Below, piece by piece: positions 1 to 8,382 of a DNA stretch of 64,000 nucleotides. How positions within the stretch are numbered: position 1 is the first letter of the stretch; the number at the start of each line of letters is the position of its first letter. The DNA comes from Alphaproteobacteria bacterium (GTDB lineage Bacteria > Pseudomonadota > Alphaproteobacteria > SMXS01), in NCBI GenBank assembly GCA_046290575.1, contig JBKAGX010000012.1, positions 396 to 64,395 on the forward strand, read 5' to 3'. Below the pieces are notes generated by a model. That model was not told the origin of the DNA. It made no database searches and was given only the letters and a program-made list of their open reading frames with translations. Both the position numbers and the translations under genes were made by a program.

Positions 1-261
1 CGCCTTGACGCGCTCAACACCGTCTTCGAGGCGGTCGCGGGCAACGCCCACGGCCTTCTTGACGTTTTTCGTTACAGATTCGGCGCCAGCCTTAACGGTC
101 TGGGCACCAGCCTTGACAGCCGTCTCGGCAGCTTCCTTGTTCGCCTTTGCAGCGGCTTCGACTTTCTTTTCGACCGACGGCGCCGTTTTACGCGCTGTGG
201 CACGCGGCTTGGCGGTGGATTTCGTGGTCGTGGTCTTCTTGGCGGTGGTTCCGGTGGCCAT
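1..261 (-). CDS. Lys/Ala/Thr-rich small protein (histone-H1-like or phasin-like composition); N-terminal part only, gene runs off the window
   Basis: Reverse-strand ATG at 259-261 opens MATGTTAKKTTTTKSTAKPRATARKTAPSVEKKVEAAAKANKEAAETAVKAGAQTVKAGAESVTKNVKKAVGVARDRLEDGVERVKA, with no stop down to position 1. It is absent from the ORF track because it is truncated. The + strand ORF 5..319 is its mirror image. Confidence 0.55.
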   Translation of the reverse strand, partial: MATGTTAKKTTTTKSTAKPRATARKTAPSVEKKVEAAAKANKEAAETAVKAGAQTVKAGAESVTKNVKKAVGVARDRLEDGVERVKA

Positions 262-424
262 GTTCAGCCTCCATTTTTTTTCAACAGTATGGGTTCACAC
301 ACCGCAATGTTCTGCCTGACGGGCAATTATTGTGCACTGCAGCGTGAACAATACATAGGGACCCAGGTTTCTGTCGTCAAGGAATTTTTGTGCAGTGCAA
401 CAAAACTGCAGCTGTGCGATTTTC

Positions 425-1807
425 CTAAATGCCTTCAGGTGGTTGGATGCCGCTCTGGACCAGCTGGGTGGTCAAACTCGCCTTTAGTCGCGCCAACCCT
501 TCCGCTGTTTCGGACTCGCAGCGCGCAACCAGAACATCCTGCGTATTCGATGCACGCAGCAGCCACCAGCCGTCCTCTGACGACACCCGAACCCCATCAA
601 TCGCGTTTACGTCAAGACCGGAATCCCGCAACCGTGCCTCAATCTCGCCCGGTACATCAAACTTGCGGTCTTCAGCGCAGGGAAAGCGCAATTCAGGCGT
701 ATTCATCATCTGCGGCAGACTCCGCCGCAGCTCCGCAAGGTTTTTGCCCATGTGCGAAAGCGCTGACATCAGCCGGAGGGCTGCGAGAATCGCATCGTCA
801 AAGCCGTAATAGCCATGCGCGAAAAAGATATGACCACTCATTTCACCGGCCAGCGGCGCGCCGGTTTCGGCCATCTTCTGCTTGATGAGCGAGTGTCCTG
901 TCCTCCACATCACAGGATTTCCGCCATGGGCGGCGACATCATCAAACAGGACCTGGCTGGATTTGACGTCGGCGACAATGGTCGCTCCCGGCACGTCGCG
1001 CAGAACATCCCTGGCCAGGATTGCGAGAAGCTGGTCACCCCAGACAATTTCGCCGCCGCCGTCTATTGCGCCGATGCGGTCACCATCCCCATCGAAACCA
1101 AGGCCCAGGTCAAGGCCGTCATTCAACACAGCCGCGCGCAACTGATGCAAGGTCTCGGGATCGGTCGGATCGGGGTGATGATTGGGAAAGGTCCCGTCCA
1201 CCTCGATGTTGATCAGCCGTTGACGCCCGCCCAGCCGCCGGGTCACCGCCTCGATGACGGGCCCTGCCGCGCCGTTTCCGGTATCCCAGGCGGCATGAAT
1301 GGGGTCGCCGTCATAGTCCAGCAAAAGCCGGTCGACATACGCGTCGAACACCGGCGCAGAGGTGGCGCTGCCGGTCCCCGTCTCGAAATCACCTGACGCT
1401 GCACATCGGCCAAGACCTTGAATCTGCTCGCCAAAGAATGGTTTCTTGCCAAGCATCATCTTGAAGCCATTATAATCCGGCGGGTTGTGAGACCCGGTCA
1501 CCATGACCCCGCCATCGGCGTCATGGTGGTAGACGGAGAAATAGAGCATCGGGCTCGGCCCCATGCCAATCCGAAGCACCTCCAGTCCCGTGGACGCCAA
1601 ACCGTCAACCAGCGCGGCTTCAAGCATGGGCGACGTCAGCCGGCCATCATAACCGACGCAGACGCGGCTGCCGCCGGCGCGCCTTACCTGGGTGCCAAAG
1701 GCGCGGCCCAAAGCCGCGGCATCCGCCTCTCCCAAAGTGTCACCGATCACGCCGCGAACATCATATTCACGCAGGACAGTCGGATTGAATTTGTGTGTCG
1801 CCGTCAT
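425..1807 (-). CDS. phosphomannomutase/phosphoglucomutase (alpha-D-phosphohexomutase family)
   Basis: 460-aa ORF with active-site loop TGSHNPPDYNGFK and metal site GFDGDGDR. ATGA overlap with the stop of the upstream ugd. Confidence 0.93.
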   Translation of the reverse strand: MTATHKFNPTVLREYDVRGVIGDTLGEADAAALGRAFGTQVRRAGGSRVCVGYDGRLTSPMLEAALVDGLASTGLEVLRIGMGPSPMLYFSVYHHDADGGVMVTGSHNPPDYNGFKMMLGKKPFFGEQIQGLGRCAASGDFETGTGSATSAPVFDAYVDRLLLDYDGDPIHAAWDTGNGAAGPVIEAVTRRLGGRQRLINIEVDGTFPNHHPDPTDPETLHQLRAAVLNDGLDLGLGFDGDGDRIGAIDGGGEIVWGDQLLAILARDVLRDVPGATIVADVKSSQVLFDDVAAHGGNPVMWRTGHSLIKQKMAETGAPLAGEMSGHIFFAHGYYGFDDAILAALRLMSALSHMGKNLAELRRSLPQMMNTPELRFPCAEDRKFDVPGEIEARLRDSGLDVNAIDGVRVSSEDGWWLLRASNTQDVLVARCESETAEGLARLKASLTTQLVQSGIQPPEGI

Positions 1808-3126
1808 GAGGAGGGCCGGCCTATGGAGTAATAGGTCAGGCCGGCCTCTGTGACCTCATTGGGCTGATAGACATTGCGGAGGTCGACCAACACCGGCGAA
1901 TGTAGCAGCGTCTTCAACCGGCCCAGGTCGAGCGCGCGAAACTGGTTCCACTCCGTGACAATAACAGCCGCATCCGCGCCCTCCGCTGCGTCATACGCAT
2001 CTTCGCAAAAGGTAATGCCATCGATCAGCTTGGCAGCCTCCGCCATGCCTTCCGGGTCGAAGGCGCGCACGGTCGCACCCGCTTCCGTCAGAACCGGAAT
2101 GATCGCCAGGCTTGGACTTTCGCGCATATCATCGGTATTCGGCTTGAAGGTCAGCCCCAGGATGGCAATCGTCTTGCCCACGACGTCACCGCCGCAGGCC
2201 TCTATAATCCGGTTCCCCATCGCGATCTTGCGTTTCTCATTAGCCTGCTCGACGGCCGCAACGATGCTGAGGTCAACGCCCGCAATCTCGCCCGTCGCCA
2301 GCAGCGCCCGTGTATCCTTTGGGAAACAGCTGCCGCCATAGCCTGGTCCGGGATGCAGAAACTTTGAGCCGATCCGGTTATCGAGCCCTATGCCCTTAGC
2401 GATCGTCTGAACATCAGCGCCGGTTTTTTCACACAGATCGGCCATTTCGTTAATGAAGGTAATCTTGGTCGCCAGGAACGCGTTGGCCGCATATTTGATA
2501 AGCTCTGCTGTCTCAATGTCAGCGAACAGGATAGGCGTCTCGCGCAATGAAAGCGGGCGGTAAAGTCGGCGCAAGACCTCTCGTGCCCGCTCGCTCTCAC
2601 ACCCAACGACAACGCGGTTGGGCCGGAGAAAATCTTCAATCGCCGAGCCCTCGCGCAGAAACTCGGGGTTCGAGGCAACATCAAAGGTCGCTTCCGAGCC
2701 TGTCTCAGCAAGCCGGTCGGCGATCACCTTGTGCACTTCGCGCCCGGTTCCAACCGGCACCGTAGACTTCGTTACCACAACGGTATGACCGGTCATTGCA
2801 TCGGCAATTTCGCCAGCGGCAGCAAAGACATAGGACAAATCAGCATGCCCATCGCCGCGGCGCGACGGTGTTCCCACCGCGATAAAAACCGCTCCAGAGT
2901 TCGCTACGGGCTCCGCCAGCGATGTGGTGAACGAAAGCCGGCCAGCCGCGACGTTCCGGGCGACAAGATCCTCAAGGCCGGGCTCGAAAATGGGAATCTC
3001 ACCGGCTGTAAGGGCGGCGATTTTGCCTGCATCCTTGTCGACACAGGTCACCTCATGACCGAACTCAGAGAAACAGGCCCCTGAAACAAGGCCTACATAT
3101 CCGGTGCCGATCATGGTGACGCGCAT
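1804..3126 (-). CDS. ugd: UDP-glucose 6-dehydrogenase
   Basis: 440 aa with N-terminal Rossmann MIGTGYVGLVSGACF and catalytic-Cys motif GGSCFPKD. Confidence 0.93.
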   Translation of the reverse strand: MRVTMIGTGYVGLVSGACFSEFGHEVTCVDKDAGKIAALTAGEIPIFEPGLEDLVARNVAAGRLSFTTSLAEPVANSGAVFIAVGTPSRRGDGHADLSYVFAAAGEIADAMTGHTVVVTKSTVPVGTGREVHKVIADRLAETGSEATFDVASNPEFLREGSAIEDFLRPNRVVVGCESERAREVLRRLYRPLSLRETPILFADIETAELIKYAANAFLATKITFINEMADLCEKTGADVQTIAKGIGLDNRIGSKFLHPGPGYGGSCFPKDTRALLATGEIAGVDLSIVAAVEQANEKRKIAMGNRIIEACGGDVVGKTIAILGLTFKPNTDDMRESPSLAIIPVLTEAGATVRAFDPEGMAEAAKLIDGITFCEDAYDAAEGADAAVIVTEWNQFRALDLGRLKTLLHSPVLVDLRNVYQPNEVTEAGLTYYSIGRPSS

Positions 3127-3129
3127 GAC

Positions 3130-4002
3130 CTAACCCTTCAATTCAGCGATCTGCGCCAAAACGCCATCACGCAATTCCTCACGATCAAGCGCGAAGGCAA
3201 GATTGGCGCCAAGAAACCCCACTTTATCACCACAGTCGAAGCGTTTGCCCTCGAACCGGTAACCGTTGAACGGCGTACTGCCAATCATCTTCGCCAGGGC
3301 GTCGGTGAGTTGAATTTCCCCACCAGCGCCCTTCTCATGACCGGAGAGATACTCGAACACCTGCGGCTGCAGCACATACCGCCCAATAACAGCTTGATTG
3401 GACGGTGCGGCCGCCGGGCTGGGTTTTTCCACCAGACCCTTCACCTCGATCATGCGGCCCTTGACCGATCCGGGATCAATAACGCCATAGCGGGACGTGT
3501 GCTCATGCGGCACTTCCATGGCTGCAATCATATTGCCACCGACGGTCTGATAGGCATCGATCATCTGTTTCAGGCACGACGCTCGGGATTTGATCAGATC
3601 ATCGGCCAACAAGATCGCAAAGGGCTCGTCGCCGACCAAATGGCGCGCGCACCACACGGCGTGGCCCAGCCCTTGCGGACTCTGCTGGCGGGTATAAGAG
3701 ACCTCGCCCGCCGTGGGCATGGTGCCCATCAGGCTTTGCAGCACCTCATCCCTGTCACGCTCGGCCAGGAGCAATTCCAGTTCGACGGAGCGGTCAAAAT
3801 GATCCTCAATCGCGGATTTGCCGCGGCCGGTGACGAAGATGAACTCTTCAATACCTGCTGCCTGCGCCTCCTCCACCGCGTACTGGATAAGCGGTTTATC
3901 GACAACAGGCAGCATCTCTTTGGGCATGGCCTTCGTCGCAGGCAGGAACCGGGTGCCCATGCCCCCAACGGGGAAGACTGCCTTGCGCACAGGTTTAATC
4001 AT
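3130..4002 (-). CDS. galU: UTP--glucose-1-phosphate uridylyltransferase
   Basis: 290 aa with VFPVGGMGTRFLPATKAMPKEMLPVVDKPLIQY signature. Lies 3 nt upstream of ugd. Confidence 0.93.
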   Translation of the reverse strand: MIKPVRKAVFPVGGMGTRFLPATKAMPKEMLPVVDKPLIQYAVEEAQAAGIEEFIFVTGRGKSAIEDHFDRSVELELLLAERDRDEVLQSLMGTMPTAGEVSYTRQQSPQGLGHAVWCARHLVGDEPFAILLADDLIKSRASCLKQMIDAYQTVGGNMIAAMEVPHEHTSRYGVIDPGSVKGRMIEVKGLVEKPSPAAAPSNQAVIGRYVLQPQVFEYLSGHEKGAGGEIQLTDALAKMIGSTPFNGYRFEGKRFDCGDKVGFLGANLAFALDREELRDGVLAQIAELKG

Positions 4003-4111
4003 GTAGTTTTAGACCTCGACAGATCAGGCGAGAGGGCGTTTATGCCCCAAGGAAGCATCTATGTATATGACGGCTTTCTGACAGATATGTTTCGGCCCCC
4101 GCAAGAACGGG

Positions 4112-4795
4112 TCACAAACCCAACAGCAAATCCTTGGCTTCATTAAGACGGGCTGCGAAATAGGTCGACCCGCCCTGATCCGGATGAAATTTCTTCATCA
4201 GATTCCGATGCGCGGTCTTGATCTCATCGGCGCTGGCGCCAGACCGCACGCCGAGAATTTCCCGCGCCTCCTTGGGCGTCATATGACCACTGTCATAGAC
4301 CGTGTCGCTTGAGGTTTCTTCTTCCCATTCACCAGCAAAGCGGCGCGCCATGTAAGCGTCGAGCAGACGCGCGCCCTCCTGGTCCTCAACCTTGAACAGC
4401 TCATACAAATCGGTCAGCTGCACACGGTCCAGATCACTAAGCCGTTTGCCCGCATAGCCCCCTTCGCGGATCACCCCGTCGATCGCACCGCTGTCATGAT
4501 CGAGCGTCACGCGCAGATATCGGGTCTCGACCTGGGAATTCTGGCCCGCGGACCGCGACGCCCCACCCAGAAACGGAAGAACCCGGCGGGACGCCAGCAG
4601 CACGGCCAACACGGCAAGTATACCCGCAATTGAAAACGCGCCGCGCGACGCGAGGAGTATGGCCGCAGCCGCGATCAAAAACGCCCCAAAATAGCGGGCA
4701 ATCTGACGCACCGACGCCTTGTCGGCCTTCGCCGCCCAGTTCGCCAACAGCAACACACCAATGAGGACGATTGCCCCGATAAACACCCAGACCAC
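4112..4795 (-). CDS. membrane-anchored J-domain (DnaJ-like) protein
   Basis: 227 aa with a GTG start. Hydrophobic N-terminal segments (VWVFIGAIVLIGVLLLA, FGAFLIAAAAILLA, IAGILAVLAVLLA) and a C-terminal J domain with HPD (LMKKFHPDQGG). Confidence 0.8.
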   Translation of the reverse strand: MVWVFIGAIVLIGVLLLANWAAKADKASVRQIARYFGAFLIAAAAILLASRGAFSIAGILAVLAVLLASRRVLPFLGGASRSAGQNSQVETRYLRVTLDHDSGAIDGVIREGGYAGKRLSDLDRVQLTDLYELFKVEDQEGARLLDAYMARRFAGEWEEETSSDTVYDSGHMTPKEAREILGVRSGASADEIKTAHRNLMKKFHPDQGGSTYFAARLNEAKDLLLGL

Positions 4796-5511
4796 TAGCT
4801 TTTTCCGCCCTTCATCATGTTTGCCAGCCTTAATACCTCACCGCCGCGGGCTTTGCCATAATCCACGAGCGCGCGACGGCCGCCGGCAGCAAAAACCGCG
4901 ACAGCGCTGAGCAGATCCTTAAGCTGGTCGGCACTGCCTTCATCAAACCGGCAATAGGCCCCACCCGAAAGCCGCGCGACCTCACGGAACACGCCTTCGG
5001 CATACGGCTCGCGACCCTCCTGAAACATAAAGGCGGGAACGCCGCGAACACCGAGCTGGCCGGCGATGCCGCAGACGCGGTCGACTTCCTCTTCGCAGGC
5101 ATCGCCCACATAGACCAGCGCGCTGACAGGTCCGTCGCGGGCTTCCTTGAGCGTGCGCTTCAACACCCGCTCGATCTGCGTATAACCGCCCTGGCAATAG
5201 ATGCGTGTCATGGCGTTGAGCAGCGGCGGCGATTCCGAATACCACTTGCTGGCCTTGCACTCTCGGTGCCCCCGGAAATAGATCAGCTTGATATCAAGCG
5301 CACCGACTGACGCCGCCTCGCTGAACATATTCGCCTGAATGTGGCAGGCCCGGTCCCAAGTGGGCTGCCGGCTCATGGTCGCGTCCAGCGCGAAGATCAG
5401 CCGACCGCGCGGCTCGGCCTGGCGCCGCACGGGTGCCGCAGCCAGCTTCTCCAGAAATTCATCAACGTCGGCCCGTTGGCTTTCAACGATTTTGGGTGCT
5501 TTATCTGCCAT
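4795..5511 (-). CDS. VWA-domain-like protein
   Basis: Start trimmed to ATG 5511 (MADKAPKIVES...), giving 238 aa. DATMS resembles a MIDAS DxSxS motif. The TAG stop shares one base with the GTG start of the J-domain gene. Confidence 0.6.
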   Translation of the reverse strand: MADKAPKIVESQRADVDEFLEKLAAAPVRRQAEPRGRLIFALDATMSRQPTWDRACHIQANMFSEAASVGALDIKLIYFRGHRECKASKWYSESPPLLNAMTRIYCQGGYTQIERVLKRTLKEARDGPVSALVYVGDACEEEVDRVCGIAGQLGVRGVPAFMFQEGREPYAEGVFREVARLSGGAYCRFDEGSADQLKDLLSAVAVFAAGGRRALVDYGKARGGEVLRLANMMKGGKS

Positions 5512-5532
5512 GCTTCCCGTATCTTGCGCCCC

Positions 5533-6384
5533 ATGTCTGGTCAGACGCAAACCATACGTATGATCGCCGATCTGCGGCGGCAAGTGCAGGACTGGCGCAG
5601 CGCCGGCGACCGGGTCGCCCTGGTGCCGACCATGGGCGCGCTGCATGAGGGGCATCTATCGCTGATGCAGCTTGCGCAGCAGAAGGCTGACCGGCTGGTC
5701 GTCAGCATATTCGTCAACCCGACCCAGTTCGGCCCGAATGAGGATTTTGAGGCCTATCCCCGCGTTGAAGACGACGATATCGAGCACTTGAACAACTTGG
5801 GCGCCGATGTCGCTTTTGCGCCAGCTGTCAATGAGATGTACCCGGCCGGATTCGCCACCGAGGTGCGGGTTACCGGCCTGACCGACGTGCTTTGCGGTGC
5901 GCATCGGCCCGGCCATTTCGACGGGGTTACCCAGATTGTCGCCAAACTGCTGCTGCAATGCCTGCCGGACATCGCGATCTTCGGCGAAAAAGACTACCAG
6001 CAGCTTCAGGTGATCCGCCGCATGACGGCTGATTTGAACATCCCTGTCGATATTCTCGGCGGGCCGATTGTGCGCGAGGCCGATGGTCTCGCGCTGTCGT
6101 CGCGTAACCGCTATCTATCCGAGCACCAGCGCCACATCGCCGCACAGTTCCCCCGTGAGCTGAAAGCCGTGCGCGACCGCGTGCTTGCCGGGGGTGACCC
6201 GATTGCCGCCTGCGACACAGCCAAATTGGCGCTGTCCGCCGCCGGGTTCGATGCGATTGATTATGTCGAGGTCCGTCATACGGATACGCTGGATCTGGCA
6301 GAGCCGAACGCCCGCCCTGCCCGCGTGTTTGGCGCGGCCCGAATCGGCAAAACCCGCCTGATCGACAATTGGGCCGTTGAATAG
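5533..6384 (+). CDS. panC: pantoate--beta-alanine ligase
   Basis: Start at ATG 5533 (MSGQTQTIRMIADLR...), 283 aa, with VPTMGALHEGHLSLM motif. The longer track ORF from 5341 would overlap the divergent gene. Confidence 0.92.
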   Translation: MSGQTQTIRMIADLRRQVQDWRSAGDRVALVPTMGALHEGHLSLMQLAQQKADRLVVSIFVNPTQFGPNEDFEAYPRVEDDDIEHLNNLGADVAFAPAVNEMYPAGFATEVRVTGLTDVLCGAHRPGHFDGVTQIVAKLLLQCLPDIAIFGEKDYQQLQVIRRMTADLNIPVDILGGPIVREADGLALSSRNRYLSEHQRHIAAQFPRELKAVRDRVLAGGDPIAACDTAKLALSAAGFDAIDYVEVRHTDTLDLAEPNARPARVFGAARIGKTRLIDNWAVE

Positions 6385-6397
6385 AAGGAGTGTTGAT

Positions 6398-7432
6398 ATG
6401 CGGATTCACCTGATTGCAGCTGCCGCTCTCCTCGCCGCCGGACTGACGGCGTGCGCCGACACTGCTGAGGACGATCAAAAACCAGCTTCCATCACGGTTG
6501 TCTCCTTCGGCGGCGCGTATCAAGCTGCGCAGCGCGAGGCCTATATGGACCCGTTCGAGGCTGAGACCGGCATCAAGATCGACGAAGAGTCCTATGACGG
6601 CAAATATGATGTGCTGCTCGAGAAAGCCACCGCACCGGTGGGCGGCTGGGATGTTGTCAGCGTCGAATCCGAGCCGGTCATTCACGGCGATGCAGAAGGA
6701 CTGATCCAGCCGATTCCCGCACGGGTGTCTGAAGGCCTGCCACTTGACCCAGCCGCTGTTCGACCGGACGCCATCGGCCACATGCAATTCGCTACGGTTC
6801 TGGCGTTTGTGCCACCAGAAGTCGGACCGATCCCGGAGAGCTGGGCTGACATGTGGGATATGGAGACCTTTCCGGGCCGCCGTGCGCTGCGCAACAATCC
6901 GCGCGGCACGCTGGAGATGGCGCTGCTGGCCGATGGTGTAGACCCGGAAGCGCTTTACCCACTTGATGTTGACCGGGCCCTCGCCAAACTCGACCAGATC
7001 AGGAACCAACTGGTGTTTTGGGAGGACGGCGAACAGCCCGCCAAGCTGATAGCCGATGGCCTGGTGGCGATGACATCGATTTTCAACGGGCGCGCCTGGG
7101 CGGCAACCAATGAGGCGGGCCTCTCCCTCGGCTGGACGATGAATCAGGGCTTGCTTGAGATGGAGTATTGGGTGGTGCCGGCCAATGCCCCCAACCCGGA
7201 AGCCGCGTTCGACTTCATCCGGTTCAGCCTGACAACGCCGCGGCAGACAGCCTTCGGCAACGCGATTCCCTACCGTCCGACCAACCTGGATGCGCGCAAG
7301 TATGTTTCACAGGCAACCGGTGAGGCCGAACCCAGCGCTGATCTGAGCATCTCCCTCAACGCCGAATGGTGGGCGGAAAACGAGGCCGCTGTGCAGGCCC
7401 GCTGGGACGCATGGGTGATGGCCACGCCTTAG
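6398..7432 (+). CDS. ABC-transporter periplasmic substrate-binding lipoprotein (PotD/PotF-like); no partner permease or ATPase genes nearby
   Basis: ATG 6398 is preceded by GAAGGAG. Lipobox-type signal MRIHLIAAAALLAAGLTAC. Composition typical of family-1 solute-binding proteins. Confidence 0.75.
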   Translation: MRIHLIAAAALLAAGLTACADTAEDDQKPASITVVSFGGAYQAAQREAYMDPFEAETGIKIDEESYDGKYDVLLEKATAPVGGWDVVSVESEPVIHGDAEGLIQPIPARVSEGLPLDPAAVRPDAIGHMQFATVLAFVPPEVGPIPESWADMWDMETFPGRRALRNNPRGTLEMALLADGVDPEALYPLDVDRALAKLDQIRNQLVFWEDGEQPAKLIADGLVAMTSIFNGRAWAATNEAGLSLGWTMNQGLLEMEYWVVPANAPNPEAAFDFIRFSLTTPRQTAFGNAIPYRPTNLDARKYVSQATGEAEPSADLSISLNAEWWAENEAAVQARWDAWVMATP

Positions 7433-7445
7433 ACGTTACGGATTT

Positions 7446-7478
7446 CCCTCTCCCCTGAGGGGAGAGGGTTAGGTTGAG
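7446..7478. repeat. REP-like palindromic hairpin, copy A (CCCTCTCCCC-TGA-GGGGAGAGGG plus TTAGGTTGAG tail)
   Basis: Perfect 10-bp stem with a 3-nt loop, read directly. Related copies lie at 7818-7854 and 7935-7970. Confidence 0.85.
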
Positions 7479-7487
7479 CGGCAAAAA

Positions 7488-7859
7488 ATGTCAGTGGAAA
7501 GAGCCCGCAACCTTCGACGGAACCAAACCGACGCCGAGAAACGGCTTTGGTGCTTCTTGCGCAATCGCCAACTGGCGGGCTTCAAATTCAACCGGCAAGT
7601 GCCTGTCGGTCCGTATGTCGCTGATTTCATTTGCAGAACAGAAAAGCTGATTATCGAAATCGACGGCGGTCAACACGCCTTTCAAAAGCAAGCTGATGCG
7701 AAGCGGACCAAATACCTTGCGGCCAAAGGGTATCGGGTCATCAGGTTCTGGAACAATGACGTGCTAAAGAATACCGAGGGCGTCTTGGAGACAATACGGA
7801 GCGAGCTAATGAATAGTCCCCCTCACCCCGACCCTCTCCCCCGAGGGGAGAGGGAGTAG
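7488..7859 (+). CDS. DUF559 / Vsr-like endonuclease-fold domain protein
   Basis: 123 aa: ARNLRRNQTDAEKRLW..FLRNRQLAGFKFNRQ..VGPYVADF.C...KLIIEIDGGQH......D..R...L...GY.V.RFWNNDV. The last ~14 codons (PPHPDPLPRGERE*) are supplied by REP copy B. Confidence 0.8.
   Translation: MSVERARNLRRNQTDAEKRLWCFLRNRQLAGFKFNRQVPVGPYVADFICRTEKLIIEIDGGQHAFQKQADAKRTKYLAAKGYRVIRFWNNDVLKNTEGVLETIRSELMNSPPHPDPLPRGERE
7818..7854. repeat. REP-like palindromic hairpin, copy B (inverted orientation: CCCCTCACC-CCGA-CCCTCTCCCC-CGA-GGGGAGAGGG)
   Basis: Same 10-bp stem as copies A and C, but the GGTGAGGGG-type tail is on the opposite side, as CCCCTCACC. Confidence 0.85.
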
Positions 7860-7867
7860 CCGTACCG

Positions 7868-7915
7868 CGGGCCATGGGAAAAAACCGCCTGATCGACAAT
7901 TGGGCGGTGGAGTAG
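7868..7915 (+). pseudogene. relic duplicate of the panC 3' end
   Basis: CGG GCC ATG GGA AAA AAC CGC CTG ATC GAC AAT TGG GCG GTG GAG TAG encodes RAMGKNRLIDNWAVE*. The true panC end at 6337-6384 encodes ARIGKTRLIDNWAVE*. A 21-nt core is identical at 6354-6374 and 7885-7905. Confidence 0.75.
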
Positions 7916-7934
7916 AGAGAGATACCCGTTAGTC

Positions 7935-7970
7935 CCCTCTCCCCGTTGGGGAGAGGGTTAAGGTGAGGGG
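7935..7970. repeat. REP-like palindromic hairpin, copy C (CCCTCTCCCC-GTT-GGGGAGAGGG plus TTAAGGTGAGGGG tail)
   Basis: Read directly. Same orientation as copy A. Confidence 0.85.
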
Positions 7971-7983
7971 CGTATGAACAACT

Positions 7984-8382
7984 TTGTGCCTCAAGAGCCA
8001 AAGAGGTTTGTCGGTGACAAGATATAAATTTCAGGAGCTATTCAGAGAGGCATTAGAGGAATCCGCGCGGTGGGCTGATCGGAATCTCGGGAAACCAGTT
8101 CCACGGGCATTTGTTGCCGAGGTGCACGGAGCGGGATATGCGGGAACGCGCATGGGAATTGATCAGGCTGCCGAGCTTCTCTACCTCGACGAAAACCGAT
8201 TCTACAAGATCATCGACATCGCGATCATTGCTGTAGCCGAGACAAATTCAGTGGCGTTTGTGCGGGCAAGTGACCATGCACCGGTCCACTTTGAAGAAAC
8301 CTGGAATCCTCAGGGGCTTGGCCCGTTTAAACAGATTGAGTCGTCTACTATCAAAGATGCTCGTATCAAACCTCTAGAGTAG
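7984..8382 (+). CDS. hypothetical protein (no family recognised)
   Basis: 132-aa ORF in a visibly more AT-rich stretch. The start is uncertain; GTG 8014 would give MTRYKFQELF. Confidence 0.45.
   Translation: MCLKSQRGLSVTRYKFQELFREALEESARWADRNLGKPVPRAFVAEVHGAGYAGTRMGIDQAAELLYLDENRFYKIIDIAIIAVAETNSVAFVRASDHAPVHFEETWNPQGLGPFKQIESSTIKDARIKPLE

Noticed and set aside
7446-7970. Possible CRISPR array from the repeated GGGGAGAGGG units
   Set aside because: There are only three copies, irregularly spaced (about 350 and 80 nt) and in mixed orientation. Each is a perfect palindrome, and no cas genes are present. This is REP/MITE-like behaviour, not CRISPR.
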